A stretch of DNA of 64,000 bases. It comes from Bacteroidia bacterium (GTDB taxonomy: Bacteria; Bacteroidota; Bacteroidia; NS11-12g; UBA955). Shown piece after piece: positions 50,277 through 60,600 of the stretch. The stretch's first letter is position 1; each line of letters opens with the position of its first letter. The stretch lies in NCBI GenBank assembly GCA_044368575.1, contig JBIPPH010000001.1, positions 65,663 through 129,662 on the forward strand, in the 5' to 3' direction. The notes below the pieces were generated by a model that worked only from the letters and a program-made list of their open reading frames with translations, was not told the origin of the DNA and ran no database searches. A program made the position numbers and the translations under genes.

Positions 50277-50930
50277 TTATAATTGTATGGTTTTTAAATT
50301 GGGTGATATGGTTAAACGGCCTTCCGTTTTGGATTGAACATATTCTACACTGACTTCAGGTGCAATCTCAATCAATTCAAATCCGTTTTCTGTTATGTCG
50401 AAAACCCCAAGTTCAGTTACTACTTTTTTTACACAAGCAATGCCAGTGATAGGTAATGTACAAGCCTTTAATAATTTGGACTCACCAGCTTTGTTAACGT
50501 GTTGCATGGCTACAATGATGTTTTTAGCACTGGCCACCAAATCCATAGCGCCTCCCATACCTTTGACCATTTTTCCTGGAATTTTCCAGTTGGCAATATC
50601 ACCTTGGTCATTCACTTCCATTGCCCCTAAAACAGTTAAGTCGACTTTGCCTGCTCTTATCATGCCAAAACTCATTGCAGAATCAAAAAACGCAGAGCCA
50701 GGAACTGTCGTTATGGTTTGTTTGCCAGCATTGATTAAATCTGGGTCTTCTTCACCATCAAACGGGAAAGGACCCATGCCCAACAATCCATTTTCTGATT
50801 GTAATACCACTTCAACTCCTTCCGGAATATAGTTGGCCACTAGTGTAGGAATACCTATACCTAAATTGACATAATAGCCATCTTTTAATTCTAAAGCTAT
50901 GCGCTTGGCAATTTGTTCTTTGGTTAGCAT
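50277..50930 (-). CDS. 3-oxoacid CoA-transferase subunit B
   Basis: 217 aa; the LQSENGLLGMGP catalytic Glu motif and MVKGMGGAMDL. Confidence 0.9.
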   Translation of the reverse strand: MLTKEQIAKRIALELKDGYYVNLGIGIPTLVANYIPEGVEVVLQSENGLLGMGPFPFDGEEDPDLINAGKQTITTVPGSAFFDSAMSFGMIRAGKVDLTVLGAMEVNDQGDIANWKIPGKMVKGMGGAMDLVASAKNIIVAMQHVNKAGESKLLKACTLPITGIACVKKVVTELGVFDITENGFELIEIAPEVSVEYVQSKTEGRLTISPNLKTIQL

Positions 50931-51018
50931 GATGTTTACTGCAAAACAATGTATTTTTTACGTAAAATAATTAACAGATTTTGGGCATTTGCGAATTATT
51001 ATCTGAAATTTGCAAGCC

Positions 51019-51486
51019 ATGAGCAAGCAAAGTGAATTAACTGTTGAGGCCTATATCAATGCGTTAGATAGTCAACGTCAAGCTGATTTTAAAACCTTAT
51101 TTGAAGTGATTCAAGCTAACATACCCAATGATTTTGAGACAATCATTCAATACAAAATGATTGCTTGGGTAGTGCCGTTTTCAATCTATCCACAGGGGTA
51201 TCATTGTCAACCCAATTTACAATTGCCTTTTGCTAATTTAGCCGCTCAGAAAAGCCATTTTGCTATTTACCACATGGGCTTGTATGCAAATCCTGAATTA
51301 ATGGATTGGTTTGTAACTGAGCACAGCAAACGATCATCTAAAAAATTAGATATTGGTAAAAGTTGTATTCGTTATAAAAAGATAGAAGATGTGCCTCTAG
51401 ACTTAATAGCCGAATTGTTTCAAAAAATCGATGCTAAAGCCTGGGTTAAACTTTACACACAAGCTTTTTTAAAATCAAAGGCCTAG
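51019..51486 (+). CDS. DUF1801 domain protein (second paralog in window)
   Basis: 155 aa; VEAYINAL...FKTLFEVIQ...IAWVVPF...HFAIYHMGLY pattern. Start set to the ATG at 51019. Confidence 0.5.
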   Translation: MSKQSELTVEAYINALDSQRQADFKTLFEVIQANIPNDFETIIQYKMIAWVVPFSIYPQGYHCQPNLQLPFANLAAQKSHFAIYHMGLYANPELMDWFVTEHSKRSSKKLDIGKSCIRYKKIEDVPLDLIAELFQKIDAKAWVKLYTQAFLKSKA

Positions 51487-54306
51487 GCTTTTGTAAATGA
51501 TGTCTTGGATTCTGGTTCTGTAATTGCCATTAATTAGTTCCTTATTTTCTTCATCTGGGCAAATGCGATTGCTTAAAAACACATAGACCAAACCGTGTTT
51601 TGGATCTGCCCAAGCACAAGTGCCAGTAAAGCCAGTATGACCAAACATATTACTACTGCCTTTAGTGCTTGCAGGGCTAGTCTTGCCTGAAAAATCAGGT
51701 TTATCAAAGCCCAAACCCCTTCTTGAGTCTAAATTTTGATAGGCAGTGAAGTGTTTGATCGTAGAGAGTTTTAAATACGTTTTACCATTGTATCTGCCGC
51801 TGTCCAAAAGCATTTGCATGAGGGCCGCTAAGTCATAGGCATTAGAAAATAAACCGGCGTGACCACTCACACCGCCCAACATGGCTGCTGCTGGATCATG
51901 CACATAACCGCAAAGCATTTGCTGTCTGAATTGTCTGTCCATTTGAGTGGGAGCAATGTCATGCAAGGGCCTGTGCTGCCATGGATTATAAGTGATATGT
52001 GTTAAGCCCATTGGTGTGTAAAATTGGGTTTTAACATATTCGTCTAATCCCATACCTGAAATCTGCTCAACAACTAACTGCATCAAAATCATGCTGAGGT
52101 CGCTGTAACGGTATACCTTACTCTCTAAGGGCGATTCAAAAATGCGTTTATAAATAGTGTCTTTGTTGGCTTTCAACATAAACAACTGATCCGCAACCTT
52201 AATGCTGTACAAGGTGTCTGATGCCTTGGCATAAACACTGTCAATATGGGGAAGAGACTCCTTGTAAAATGGGATCCAGGCAGTTAGACCAGCGCGGTGT
52301 TGTAAAATATCACTGATTTTTAAATCGGCTTTATTCGTTCCAATAGCTTGTGGTAAATAGTCTTTTAAAGTTTTGTTTAAATGCAATTCACCATTTTCGT
52401 ATAGCTTCATCACTGCTAATGTAGTAGCGGCAATTTTTGTGATAGAGGCAATGTCATACACTGTGCTATCATTCACTTTTTTAAGCTTGTCGTAATTTAA
52501 ATAGCCATAAGCCTTGTCAAAAACGGCTTTGCCATCTTTTAATACCAAAACACGGCAACCAGGGCTTGCTTTTTTGCTTAATAATTGATCCACAACGCCG
52601 TCAATTAAATTCAATTGGTTGAGGTCCATTTTTGAACTACTGCTCTTGCTTGATAGGTATTGGAATTGTATGGGTAAATGGCTGCTAGTTGTTTGATGCT
52701 CAAATAGCAGTTTAGAGGCAGTCATTTGAAACTCAGTCAAATCCTCATAAGCCGCTATGATGTTTGCGTTTTTGGGTAGATACTTTAATGTATACGGATT
52801 GCAAAATCCTACTATGGTCGATGGTTTCTCATTGACTATTGTTTGAATGTTTTTGAAATCAAGATCAGAATAGCCCGATTTGAGTTGTTTCCAAACTTTA
52901 GGTTGGTGCAAACTAATTACCACATTTTGGTAGGGTTTTATGTTTCTTGTGAGTTTGTGAATCACATCACTGTTGGCCTCACGTGGCAGGTTTAAATATT
53001 GAATGCCATGAGCTTTTGCGGCTAATTCCCAGGCAGATCCTGGTTGAGCATCAAGTGCAATAAATACAGTTTGATTAGCATCAATCATTGGGATTTGTTT
53101 TGGGGTATTAATATAACCAACAACGCCTTCAGCTACCTTTTGAATAATTGTGCTGCTAGAGCTTGGATTCAAATCAGATTGAAGTTGGTTGATGTCAATT
53201 GCTTGGTAATTGTTTAAGCCGACTCTTTGTTTCCAATATAAAATCTTTAATACACTCTGATTCAATTTATCTTCACTGATTTTACCGCTCAAAATGGCTT
53301 GCTTGATCTTGTCAAAACCTTCAGCCACGTGTTCACTGAACAATAAAATATCATTGCCAGCCATGAAGGCTTCTAATTCTAAATCACCAGCAAGATAGTA
53401 TTTGCTAACACCTTTCATGTTTAGGGCATCAGTAATGACTAAGCCCGTAAAACCCATCTGCTGCTTAAGTAAAGTGTCAATGATTAAATGAGATAAAGAG
53501 GCAGGTCTATTGGGTCTATTGTCTAATTGAGGAAGGTGCAAATGCCCTGTCATTATAGAGGGGATGCCGTCCTTAATTAAAGCTTTGTAGGGGAATAATT
53601 CAGAACTGTCTAATGATGATAATGGTTTGTCAATTTCTGGCATGTCGAGGTGAGAGTCCGTGTATACATCGCCATGACCTGGAAAATGTTTGGCACAACC
53701 CAAAACCCCTTCACTTAATAACCCCCTGTGGTATGCTAAAGCATGCATGGCCACTCGGTGTTTGTTTTCTCCAAATGATCTAAAGCCAATGATTGGATTA
53801 TTGGGGTTTGAATTAATATCTACATCTGGAGCGAAATTCATGTGAATACCCAAGCGGTGCATTTGTTTGCCAATTTCAGAAGCCACCGCATAGGTGCTAC
53901 TGCTGTCGTTGAGTGCACCAAGGGTAATGGCATATGGAAAACGTTGGGTTTTTTGCAGTCTCATTGCCAAGCCCCATTCGCCATCAATGCCTATAAGTAA
54001 AGGTGTATTTGAAAGCGATTGCAAATAGTTGCTCATGTAGGCTTGTTTGAGGGCATCGTTTTGAAAAAAACACATACCACCAATATGGTATTGGTCGATT
54101 AAGTTTTCAAGTTGTTGAATATGCTGCGCATCTTTGTTGGTGTAGGCAGCCACCATGAATAATTGCCCAATTTTTTCGTCCAAGCTCATCTGCTTGAACT
54201 TTTGCTCATACCATTGTTCTGGTTGTTTAGCAGACAATTGAGTTGCGCCTAATACCCATAAGCATATGCTTAAGACCAAAAAAGATGTATTGATTTTAAC
54301 GCTCAA
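51475..54306 (-). CDS. secreted fusion of GH3 N-terminal domain (NagZ-like beta-N-acetylhexosaminidase) and beta-lactamase/PBP-like serine hydrolase
   Basis: 943 aa with a signal peptide. GH3 motifs are KHFPGHGD and GLVITDALNM. The C-terminal half has SxxK (ASITK) and HTGFTG (KTG-equivalent) motifs. Confidence 0.85.
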   Translation of the reverse strand: MSVKINTSFLVLSICLWVLGATQLSAKQPEQWYEQKFKQMSLDEKIGQLFMVAAYTNKDAQHIQQLENLIDQYHIGGMCFFQNDALKQAYMSNYLQSLSNTPLLIGIDGEWGLAMRLQKTQRFPYAITLGALNDSSSTYAVASEIGKQMHRLGIHMNFAPDVDINSNPNNPIIGFRSFGENKHRVAMHALAYHRGLLSEGVLGCAKHFPGHGDVYTDSHLDMPEIDKPLSSLDSSELFPYKALIKDGIPSIMTGHLHLPQLDNRPNRPASLSHLIIDTLLKQQMGFTGLVITDALNMKGVSKYYLAGDLELEAFMAGNDILLFSEHVAEGFDKIKQAILSGKISEDKLNQSVLKILYWKQRVGLNNYQAIDINQLQSDLNPSSSSTIIQKVAEGVVGYINTPKQIPMIDANQTVFIALDAQPGSAWELAAKAHGIQYLNLPREANSDVIHKLTRNIKPYQNVVISLHQPKVWKQLKSGYSDLDFKNIQTIVNEKPSTIVGFCNPYTLKYLPKNANIIAAYEDLTEFQMTASKLLFEHQTTSSHLPIQFQYLSSKSSSSKMDLNQLNLIDGVVDQLLSKKASPGCRVLVLKDGKAVFDKAYGYLNYDKLKKVNDSTVYDIASITKIAATTLAVMKLYENGELHLNKTLKDYLPQAIGTNKADLKISDILQHRAGLTAWIPFYKESLPHIDSVYAKASDTLYSIKVADQLFMLKANKDTIYKRIFESPLESKVYRYSDLSMILMQLVVEQISGMGLDEYVKTQFYTPMGLTHITYNPWQHRPLHDIAPTQMDRQFRQQMLCGYVHDPAAAMLGGVSGHAGLFSNAYDLAALMQMLLDSGRYNGKTYLKLSTIKHFTAYQNLDSRRGLGFDKPDFSGKTSPASTKGSSNMFGHTGFTGTCAWADPKHGLVYVFLSNRICPDEENKELINGNYRTRIQDIIYKSLGL

Positions 54307-55069
54307 AGTTGGCTTTTCTTTTGGTTAAAAATGCTTCAGTCCCTTCTTTGAAATCTTTGCTGCCAAAGGCATTAGCAAAGGCATTGATTTCTGTGTCAAA
54401 TCCATTTTTGCCTGTTTCGAAATAGGCATTGATACAGGTAATAACATCCGCTATAGCCATAGGTGATTTACTGGCGATGGTGTTAATGATGTCAATGCAT
54501 CTTGGGATTAAATCTTCTAAGGGTACTACCTCGTTGACTAAACCATATTCATGAGCAACATTGGCCCCAATGGTTTCTGCTGTTAACAACATTTGAGTGG
54601 CTTTTCCTTTGCCTATTAATTGAATTAATCTTTGAGTGCCAGCATAGCCCGGAGGTAAGCCAAGATTAACTTCTGGTTGACCAAACTTAGCATTTTCAGA
54701 GGCAATTCTCATATGACAAGCCATGGCGAGTTCGCAGCCGCCACCTAAGGCAAATCCGTTTACTGCAGCAATAACCGGAATGCTTGATTGTTCTATACTG
54801 TTCATGACAGCATGGCCATCAGACGACATTTTATGGGCTTCAGTAGTTGAAAAATTGACGAATTCAGAGATGTCAGCACCTGCAGCAAAAGCTTTGCTTC
54901 CTGCACCAGTTAAGATTATACCGCGAATAGATTGGTCTTTGTTGGCCGCTTCAACAGCCTGTTTAATTTCTTGAAGGGTTAATATGTTTAGGGCGTTTAA
55001 TTTGGCCTCTCTGTTAATGGTAATATGAGCAATGCCTTGTTCTTGTTGCAGTAAAATGTTTTGATACAT
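54296..55069 (-). CDS. enoyl-CoA hydratase/isomerase family protein
   Basis: 257 aa; ILTGAGSKAFAAGADI and AAVNGFALGGGCELAMACH crotonase signature. Confidence 0.92.
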   Translation of the reverse strand: MYQNILLQQEQGIAHITINREAKLNALNILTLQEIKQAVEAANKDQSIRGIILTGAGSKAFAAGADISEFVNFSTTEAHKMSSDGHAVMNSIEQSSIPVIAAVNGFALGGGCELAMACHMRIASENAKFGQPEVNLGLPPGYAGTQRLIQLIGKGKATQMLLTAETIGANVAHEYGLVNEVVPLEDLIPRCIDIINTIASKSPMAIADVITCINAYFETGKNGFDTEINAFANAFGSKDFKEGTEAFLTKRKANFER

Positions 55070-55209
55070 AATCTGCGAATTTAATCATTTAAGCTAGCAT
55101 TCAACCAAGCCTAAAGGCCATAATTGTAAACAAATTATTAAATGCTATAGAGCTGTTGACAACTCAGTTTTTATAAGCGCATATTAGGCGGTAATATTGT
55201 GAATAGGCT

Positions 55210-55848
55210 ATGTATTTATTTCCTATTTTAAATGGTGTTTGGCAGGGATTTATAATCAGCATCTTGTTGTTTGGGCCAGCTTTTTTCAAACTGATTCACA
55301 CCAGTATACAGGAGGGTTTTAAAAAAGGAGTATTGCTGGCTTCAGGTGTTTTTTTTAGCGATTTATTGGTTGTAGGGCTTTGTATTTTTGGTGTAGCTGA
55401 CTTTATGCAATCTGCGCCCTTTCAAAAGATTTACAGTGTTTGTGGGGCAATCGTTTTATTGTTGATGGGCATTAAATCATTTAGACATCCCTACAAAGCC
55501 TTTCTGCAATCTTATTCTTCGCGTGTGCCTGCGTCCAAGAATGTTTTTAAAGGGTTTTGGTTGAATCTGATCAATCCGTTTACATTTATCTTATGGTTCA
55601 ATGTTATGGGGTCTATCAGTTTAAAGTATGCAGATGAACCTCAATATAAAAATTTGTTGACAGTCAATCTTGTAACCATTCTATTGGTCTTGTTTTTAAT
55701 GGATGTACTCAAAGTCTTTTTGTCTCATTTGATTGGCAAGAAATTAAATGCCAGAATATTTTTTATGATTAACAAATATTTCGGGGTTCTACTTATGTTG
55801 ATCGGGGCCTTCTTTATGGCCAGATTTATTGGATTGGTGATCAGGTAA
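55210..55848 (+). CDS. LysE family translocator
   Basis: 212 aa with about six TM segments; NLINPFTFILW motif typical of the LysE/RhtB family. Confidence 0.7.
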   Translation: MYLFPILNGVWQGFIISILLFGPAFFKLIHTSIQEGFKKGVLLASGVFFSDLLVVGLCIFGVADFMQSAPFQKIYSVCGAIVLLLMGIKSFRHPYKAFLQSYSSRVPASKNVFKGFWLNLINPFTFILWFNVMGSISLKYADEPQYKNLLTVNLVTILLVLFLMDVLKVFLSHLIGKKLNARIFFMINKYFGVLLMLIGAFFMARFIGLVIR

Positions 55849-56596
55849 TAACGCAATAAACGATTCCATACAAACCAATAAAACCATCTAATCGCCAAGC
55901 AAAATCCGCTGATTCGGTATAGTTTGATTGTTTGATCATTGTATAAAGCGCCATCACAAAATAGAGGCAAAGGCCAATGATAAATAATAATGTATTAGCA
56001 GTTATTAAATGAGCGATTAAAGCTGTAAGCATGCTCAAACAACTACTAATTAAAAGGGGGCGTTTTAAGGCAATTTGGTCTCTGATTTCAAAGTTTAAAG
56101 CAATGCCAAACAATAGCATACCTTGGCCGAAAAGGAGTGTTTTGTTCATGTTTTTGACCCAGATTAAATTAGGGATTTCAAGCATTAGCCACCAAGTTAT
56201 AGCCAATAAACCTGCTTTCATAATCTTGAAACTTAATCTGTTTTGGCGGGTTTGATTCATGGTCTTTACAATTGTCCCATAAAGCAATAAGCCAAACAAT
56301 GAGGTTACAATCAAAAAGCTGTATTGATGATCTACCCATTGCCAAATGACCATTGACAGTATTGAGCTAATGGCCAGCATGAATAAACTGAATGGTTGAT
56401 GGGTTTGACTCCATTGATAATCAGTTCTTAAGTAAGTAATGGTTTTGAGTTTAAATAATCTATAGGAGGTATAGACCAATAACGTGGCAAAAAACAACCA
56501 AATGCTGTAAGTTACATCATGGTTTTTACTGATTCCGTATGTGCCAATGCCGGCCATTAAAGCAATCCACACATGACTATGACTCAAAATCCTCAC
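55841..56596 (-). CDS. polytopic integral membrane protein, function unknown
   Basis: 251 aa with about eight hydrophobic helices and no recognisable catalytic motif. The GTG start is preceded by a promoter box. Confidence 0.5.
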   Translation of the reverse strand: MRILSHSHVWIALMAGIGTYGISKNHDVTYSIWLFFATLLVYTSYRLFKLKTITYLRTDYQWSQTHQPFSLFMLAISSILSMVIWQWVDHQYSFLIVTSLFGLLLYGTIVKTMNQTRQNRLSFKIMKAGLLAITWWLMLEIPNLIWVKNMNKTLLFGQGMLLFGIALNFEIRDQIALKRPLLISSCLSMLTALIAHLITANTLLFIIGLCLYFVMALYTMIKQSNYTESADFAWRLDGFIGLYGIVYCVIT

Positions 56597-56600
56597 TGTG

Positions 56601-56608
56601 CAAAATTA
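56601..56608 (-). promoter_or_regulatory. -7 type promoter box TAATTTTG
   Basis: Plus strand reads caaaatta, 4 nt upstream of the GTG at 56596 (minus strand). Confidence 0.4.
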
Positions 56609-56662
56609 ACAACCTGTGCATACAAAATCGCATAAAAGCCAAAGTCTTTTAAAGTCTTTTTG

Positions 56663-56670
56663 TATGTTTG
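56663..56670 (+). promoter_or_regulatory. -7 type promoter box TATGTTTG
   Basis: Exact match 5 nt upstream of the asd ATG at 56676; it lies inside the longest-ORF extension. Confidence 0.5.
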
Positions 56671-56675
56671 CAATC

Positions 56676-57671
56676 ATGAAAGTTGCTGTTGTTGGCGCCA
56701 CTGGTTTAGTAGGGACCAAAATGTTAGAGGTATTAGAAGAAAGACATTTCCCAGTTTCAGAATTAATTCCTGTTGCTTCCTCAAAATCAATTGGTCAAGT
56801 CATACAATTCAAAGGCCAATCCTATGAAGTGGTTGGCGTTGAATCAGCTATAGCCTCTAGGCCAGACTTGGCCTTATTCTCGGCTGGTGGTAGTACCAGT
56901 CTTGAATGGGCCCCTAAATTTGCTGAAATTGGTTGTTTTGTGGTTGATAATTCATCAGCTTGGCGTATGCAAGAAGATGTGCCATTAGTTGTGCCAGAGG
57001 TGAATCCGCAGGCAATTAGCTCAGAAAGTAAAATCATCGCCAATCCTAATTGTTCTACCATTCAAATGGTAGTGGCCTTGCAGCCGCTTCACATCAAATG
57101 GGGTATTAAGCGCATTGTTGTGTCAACCTATCAAAGCGTTACTGGGACCGGAAAAAAAGCAGTAGATCAACTCATGAATGAACGCGCCAACCTAGTAGGA
57201 GAGATGGCTTACAAGCATAAAATAGATCTAAATTTAATCCCTCAAATAGATGTCTTCCTTGATAATGCTTACACCAAAGAGGAAATGAAAATGGTTCTTG
57301 AAACCAAGAAAATCATGGGCTCAAATGCCATTCAATTAACAGCAACTGCAGTAAGAGTGCCAGTACTTGGGGGGCATAGTGAAAGCATTAATGTGGAGTT
57401 TGAAAACGAATTTGAATTAGCCGATGTGTATGCTGCATTGAGCAGTTTTCCGGGTATTGTTGTAGTAGACGATATTGCTCAAGCCCAATACCCAATGCCG
57501 ATAACCGCACACAATCAAGATGCTGTTTTTGTAGGTCGTATTAGACGAGACGAAACCCAAGCTAAAACCTTAAACCTTTGGGTGGTATCTGATAACCTCA
57601 GAAAAGGGGCAGCTAGTAATGCTGTTCAAATTGCCGAATTGCTTTTGCAACAAGGCTTGATAAATCTATAA
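56676..57671 (+). CDS. asd: aspartate-semialdehyde dehydrogenase
   Basis: 331 aa; MKVAVVGATGLVG start, active-site IANPNCSTI, and SDNLRKGAA near the C-terminus. Confidence 0.95.
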   Translation: MKVAVVGATGLVGTKMLEVLEERHFPVSELIPVASSKSIGQVIQFKGQSYEVVGVESAIASRPDLALFSAGGSTSLEWAPKFAEIGCFVVDNSSAWRMQEDVPLVVPEVNPQAISSESKIIANPNCSTIQMVVALQPLHIKWGIKRIVVSTYQSVTGTGKKAVDQLMNERANLVGEMAYKHKIDLNLIPQIDVFLDNAYTKEEMKMVLETKKIMGSNAIQLTATAVRVPVLGGHSESINVEFENEFELADVYAALSSFPGIVVVDDIAQAQYPMPITAHNQDAVFVGRIRRDETQAKTLNLWVVSDNLRKGAASNAVQIAELLLQQGLINL

Positions 57672-57690
57672 CTACTTTTTTTCGCTATAT

Positions 57691-60600
57691 TTGAATATCA
57701 AACGTTGGGTATTCATAGCTTTTTTGGTCCTTGCCAGTTTTAAACTGCAGGCTCAATGTTACATTGTTGTAAAAGGATTGCCCTGTAAAAACAACCCGAT
57801 TCAATTTTCTGTTACCCCAAATGGCACCACCAATCCCAGTTGGAACTTTAACAATGAAGGCTTCAATAACAGTAACGTTAATCCTACATTTACGTTCTCA
57901 ACAATTGGGACTAAAACCATAACCTATTCTTGTCGATTGCCTAATGGTCAGGTTTGCAATGCCTCCACTACAATCGTTATAAAAGATCAACCCAAAGTCA
58001 ATTTGAGGTTGTTGAATGCCTCCATACAGTGTTATGACAATAACCAGTTTTGCTTTGTCGATTCAAGTATGTCTGGCGATAATAATTACTGTATTAAAAC
58101 CATTAAATATCTGTTTAGCGATGGGGAGTTGATTACACGCTATGGGAGTAAAAACGCGCCAGTGAAAATGCCATTTAGTTTTTGTAAATCCTATTTGGAT
58201 CCTCAAGGGGGCGCCTATTCATTAACTGTTGAAATTGAGGATTGCAATGGCTGTATCATCAAACAGCAATTGCCATTTGTAATGAAGGTTGAACTTTTGC
58301 CAGTGCTTTTTGCCACATCAGATGAAAAGACCAGTCATTGCAGTGGATCAGTGAATGTTAAATTCACGAATAGTTCTCAAATAACTAAATCCAATATCAA
58401 ATCCTTTTATTGGGATTTTGGAGATGGAACTAAAGATTCCACACAATGGGATAGTGTTTACCATCAATACAGCTCCTGTTCAGATATGTCTAAAGGCTTT
58501 AGCCCTAAGTTGGTGGTGTATACCTTAAATGGCTGCAGAACAGAATTTGCCTTAAAAGATGTTATTGTATACAATTTTAAACCCTATATCACCAAAGATA
58601 AAGATTCCATATGTGTAGGCGATGTGATCCACTTTGAATTGCATCCCAGTGCTATGAAGACCTACATTGATGATTCAAAAGTGCGTTGGGACTTTGATCC
58701 AGGTTTGCAATATGGGTATGATGTTACCAATGGGTTTTCCGAATTAGGCCCTCATATTATTGGGTGTTATGTGCCCCATGCTTGTGGCCCTTATATTTTG
58801 AAAGACACAGTAGTTGTAATTGGTCCTAAGGCGAGAATTGAACCAGATTTTATATCCAGTTTAGAGCGTTACCAATGTAAAATTAGAGACACCGTAAATG
58901 TGGTGGACCGTTCTGAGTTTTACCACAATGACTCCAATTTTTTAAACGACGATAGTCTACTTGATGAAACCCCCAATCATTTCAAGTATGCCTTTAAATA
59001 CGATCCTAAATTAGGGCGTATGGTCACCATACATCCTTACGATTATTTGCGTTCAAAAGATCATGTTAAAAGGTTGTGGGATTTTGATGATCCCTATTGT
59101 TTGCCTTGTACCACAGATAGAAAAAAAGGACAAAATGTTGATCGCAATTGTCGCTATTCATTAGACAGTTCCGAGCAACACATCTACAGTGATTGGGATT
59201 CTGTGTATGCCTATTGGTATGCCAAGTTGCCATTGCAGTGGCAGTTCTATGATCCTGTTACAAAGTCATGTAGAAAAGGCGCTGTTTGGACCCAAGATTC
59301 ATTGTTGGCAGTTGTGGATTCGGTTGTGTATTATGGCGATAATGTATTGGGTATTGCCGCTAAAGACAGTAGTATTTTCTCTGGCAAAAAACGCAAGATT
59401 AAAATAGCTTCTGGTTTATTCAATCAGGGCAGTTATTCAGTGTATTCAGATTTGTTGGTATATGTTCCGAATGGGTCATCTGTATTAATCAATCCAATGA
59501 ATGGGAATCCAGGGTATTCAGTGCCAGGGCCTCAATATTACAAGGTTTTAGCCAATCAAACCCTTGAGGTGCAAAATGGGCAATCCTGCTATTTTGTGTA
59601 TGGCCTTAAGCAATTTTACGACACCCTTTTACCCAATGCGGTTAAGCCATATCATAGTTTAGTGCACAAGGTGGCTTTGCCAATAGCACAAACGGATACA
59701 ATTAATGCCAATTTGCACAGAAGATTGTTTTATAAAACCATCGCTAGGTGTTTTAAAATCAGTTTAACCTTAAAAGACACAGTGCATCCGTTCAAATGTG
59801 AGAGTAGAGCGGGGGCAGATTTAGCGCTTATGCCGCCATCTGCAAAACGATTGTCCATTGACGATCAATATTGTTATGGCTATGATTTTAAAGTCATTGA
59901 ATTCAATTTAGAGGACACCAAGCCCGGTTGCATGGCGTCCTTTGTTCAATTTAATCCAGATTATGTCAAAAACCCTAATAATTGGCTATTGTTAAACAAC
60001 CTGACCTATGGTGAAATCAATAGAAATGTGTTTTTAAATGCAACTGGACCCTATACTGGTTATGCTAAAGAAGGTCCCAATGGCGGTAAATTCTTTTGGG
60101 TATACAATGACAGTATATTAGATAAAAATGCTTATCAAGCGTTGAATATTGGTTTAATCATTGGTAATGGTATTCAACCCAATGAATGTGTTGATACAGT
60201 TTTGTATCAAAACTTTGCGAGTTTCCCGCGTTTAAAACCTGATATTGTTTTTGCCACTAATAATGCCTCAGAAGAACACACTTGTAAAGATACCTTTGTG
60301 TATGTTACCCTGCCTTTTGATCGCAAAGATGCCAATGCCTTGGCAGATGCTTCTAGTTGGTACATTATAGATAATTGGAAGGGCGATACATTAGAACAAA
60401 TAGACGAACAATACAGAAGGGTAGTGGATCATTGGGCTTACCCTGGCAAAAAAGTCAATTACACAGTGATTGTGCGTTATAAATGGGTGAATGCTTGGCC
60501 AACGGAATACAAGCGCGACACGATAGTGACTGCCATTGTAAATGCTTATAAGCCATTTGCATTGCCAGGTGTTGGTTTGAAACAGTTAAGACAACGCTTG

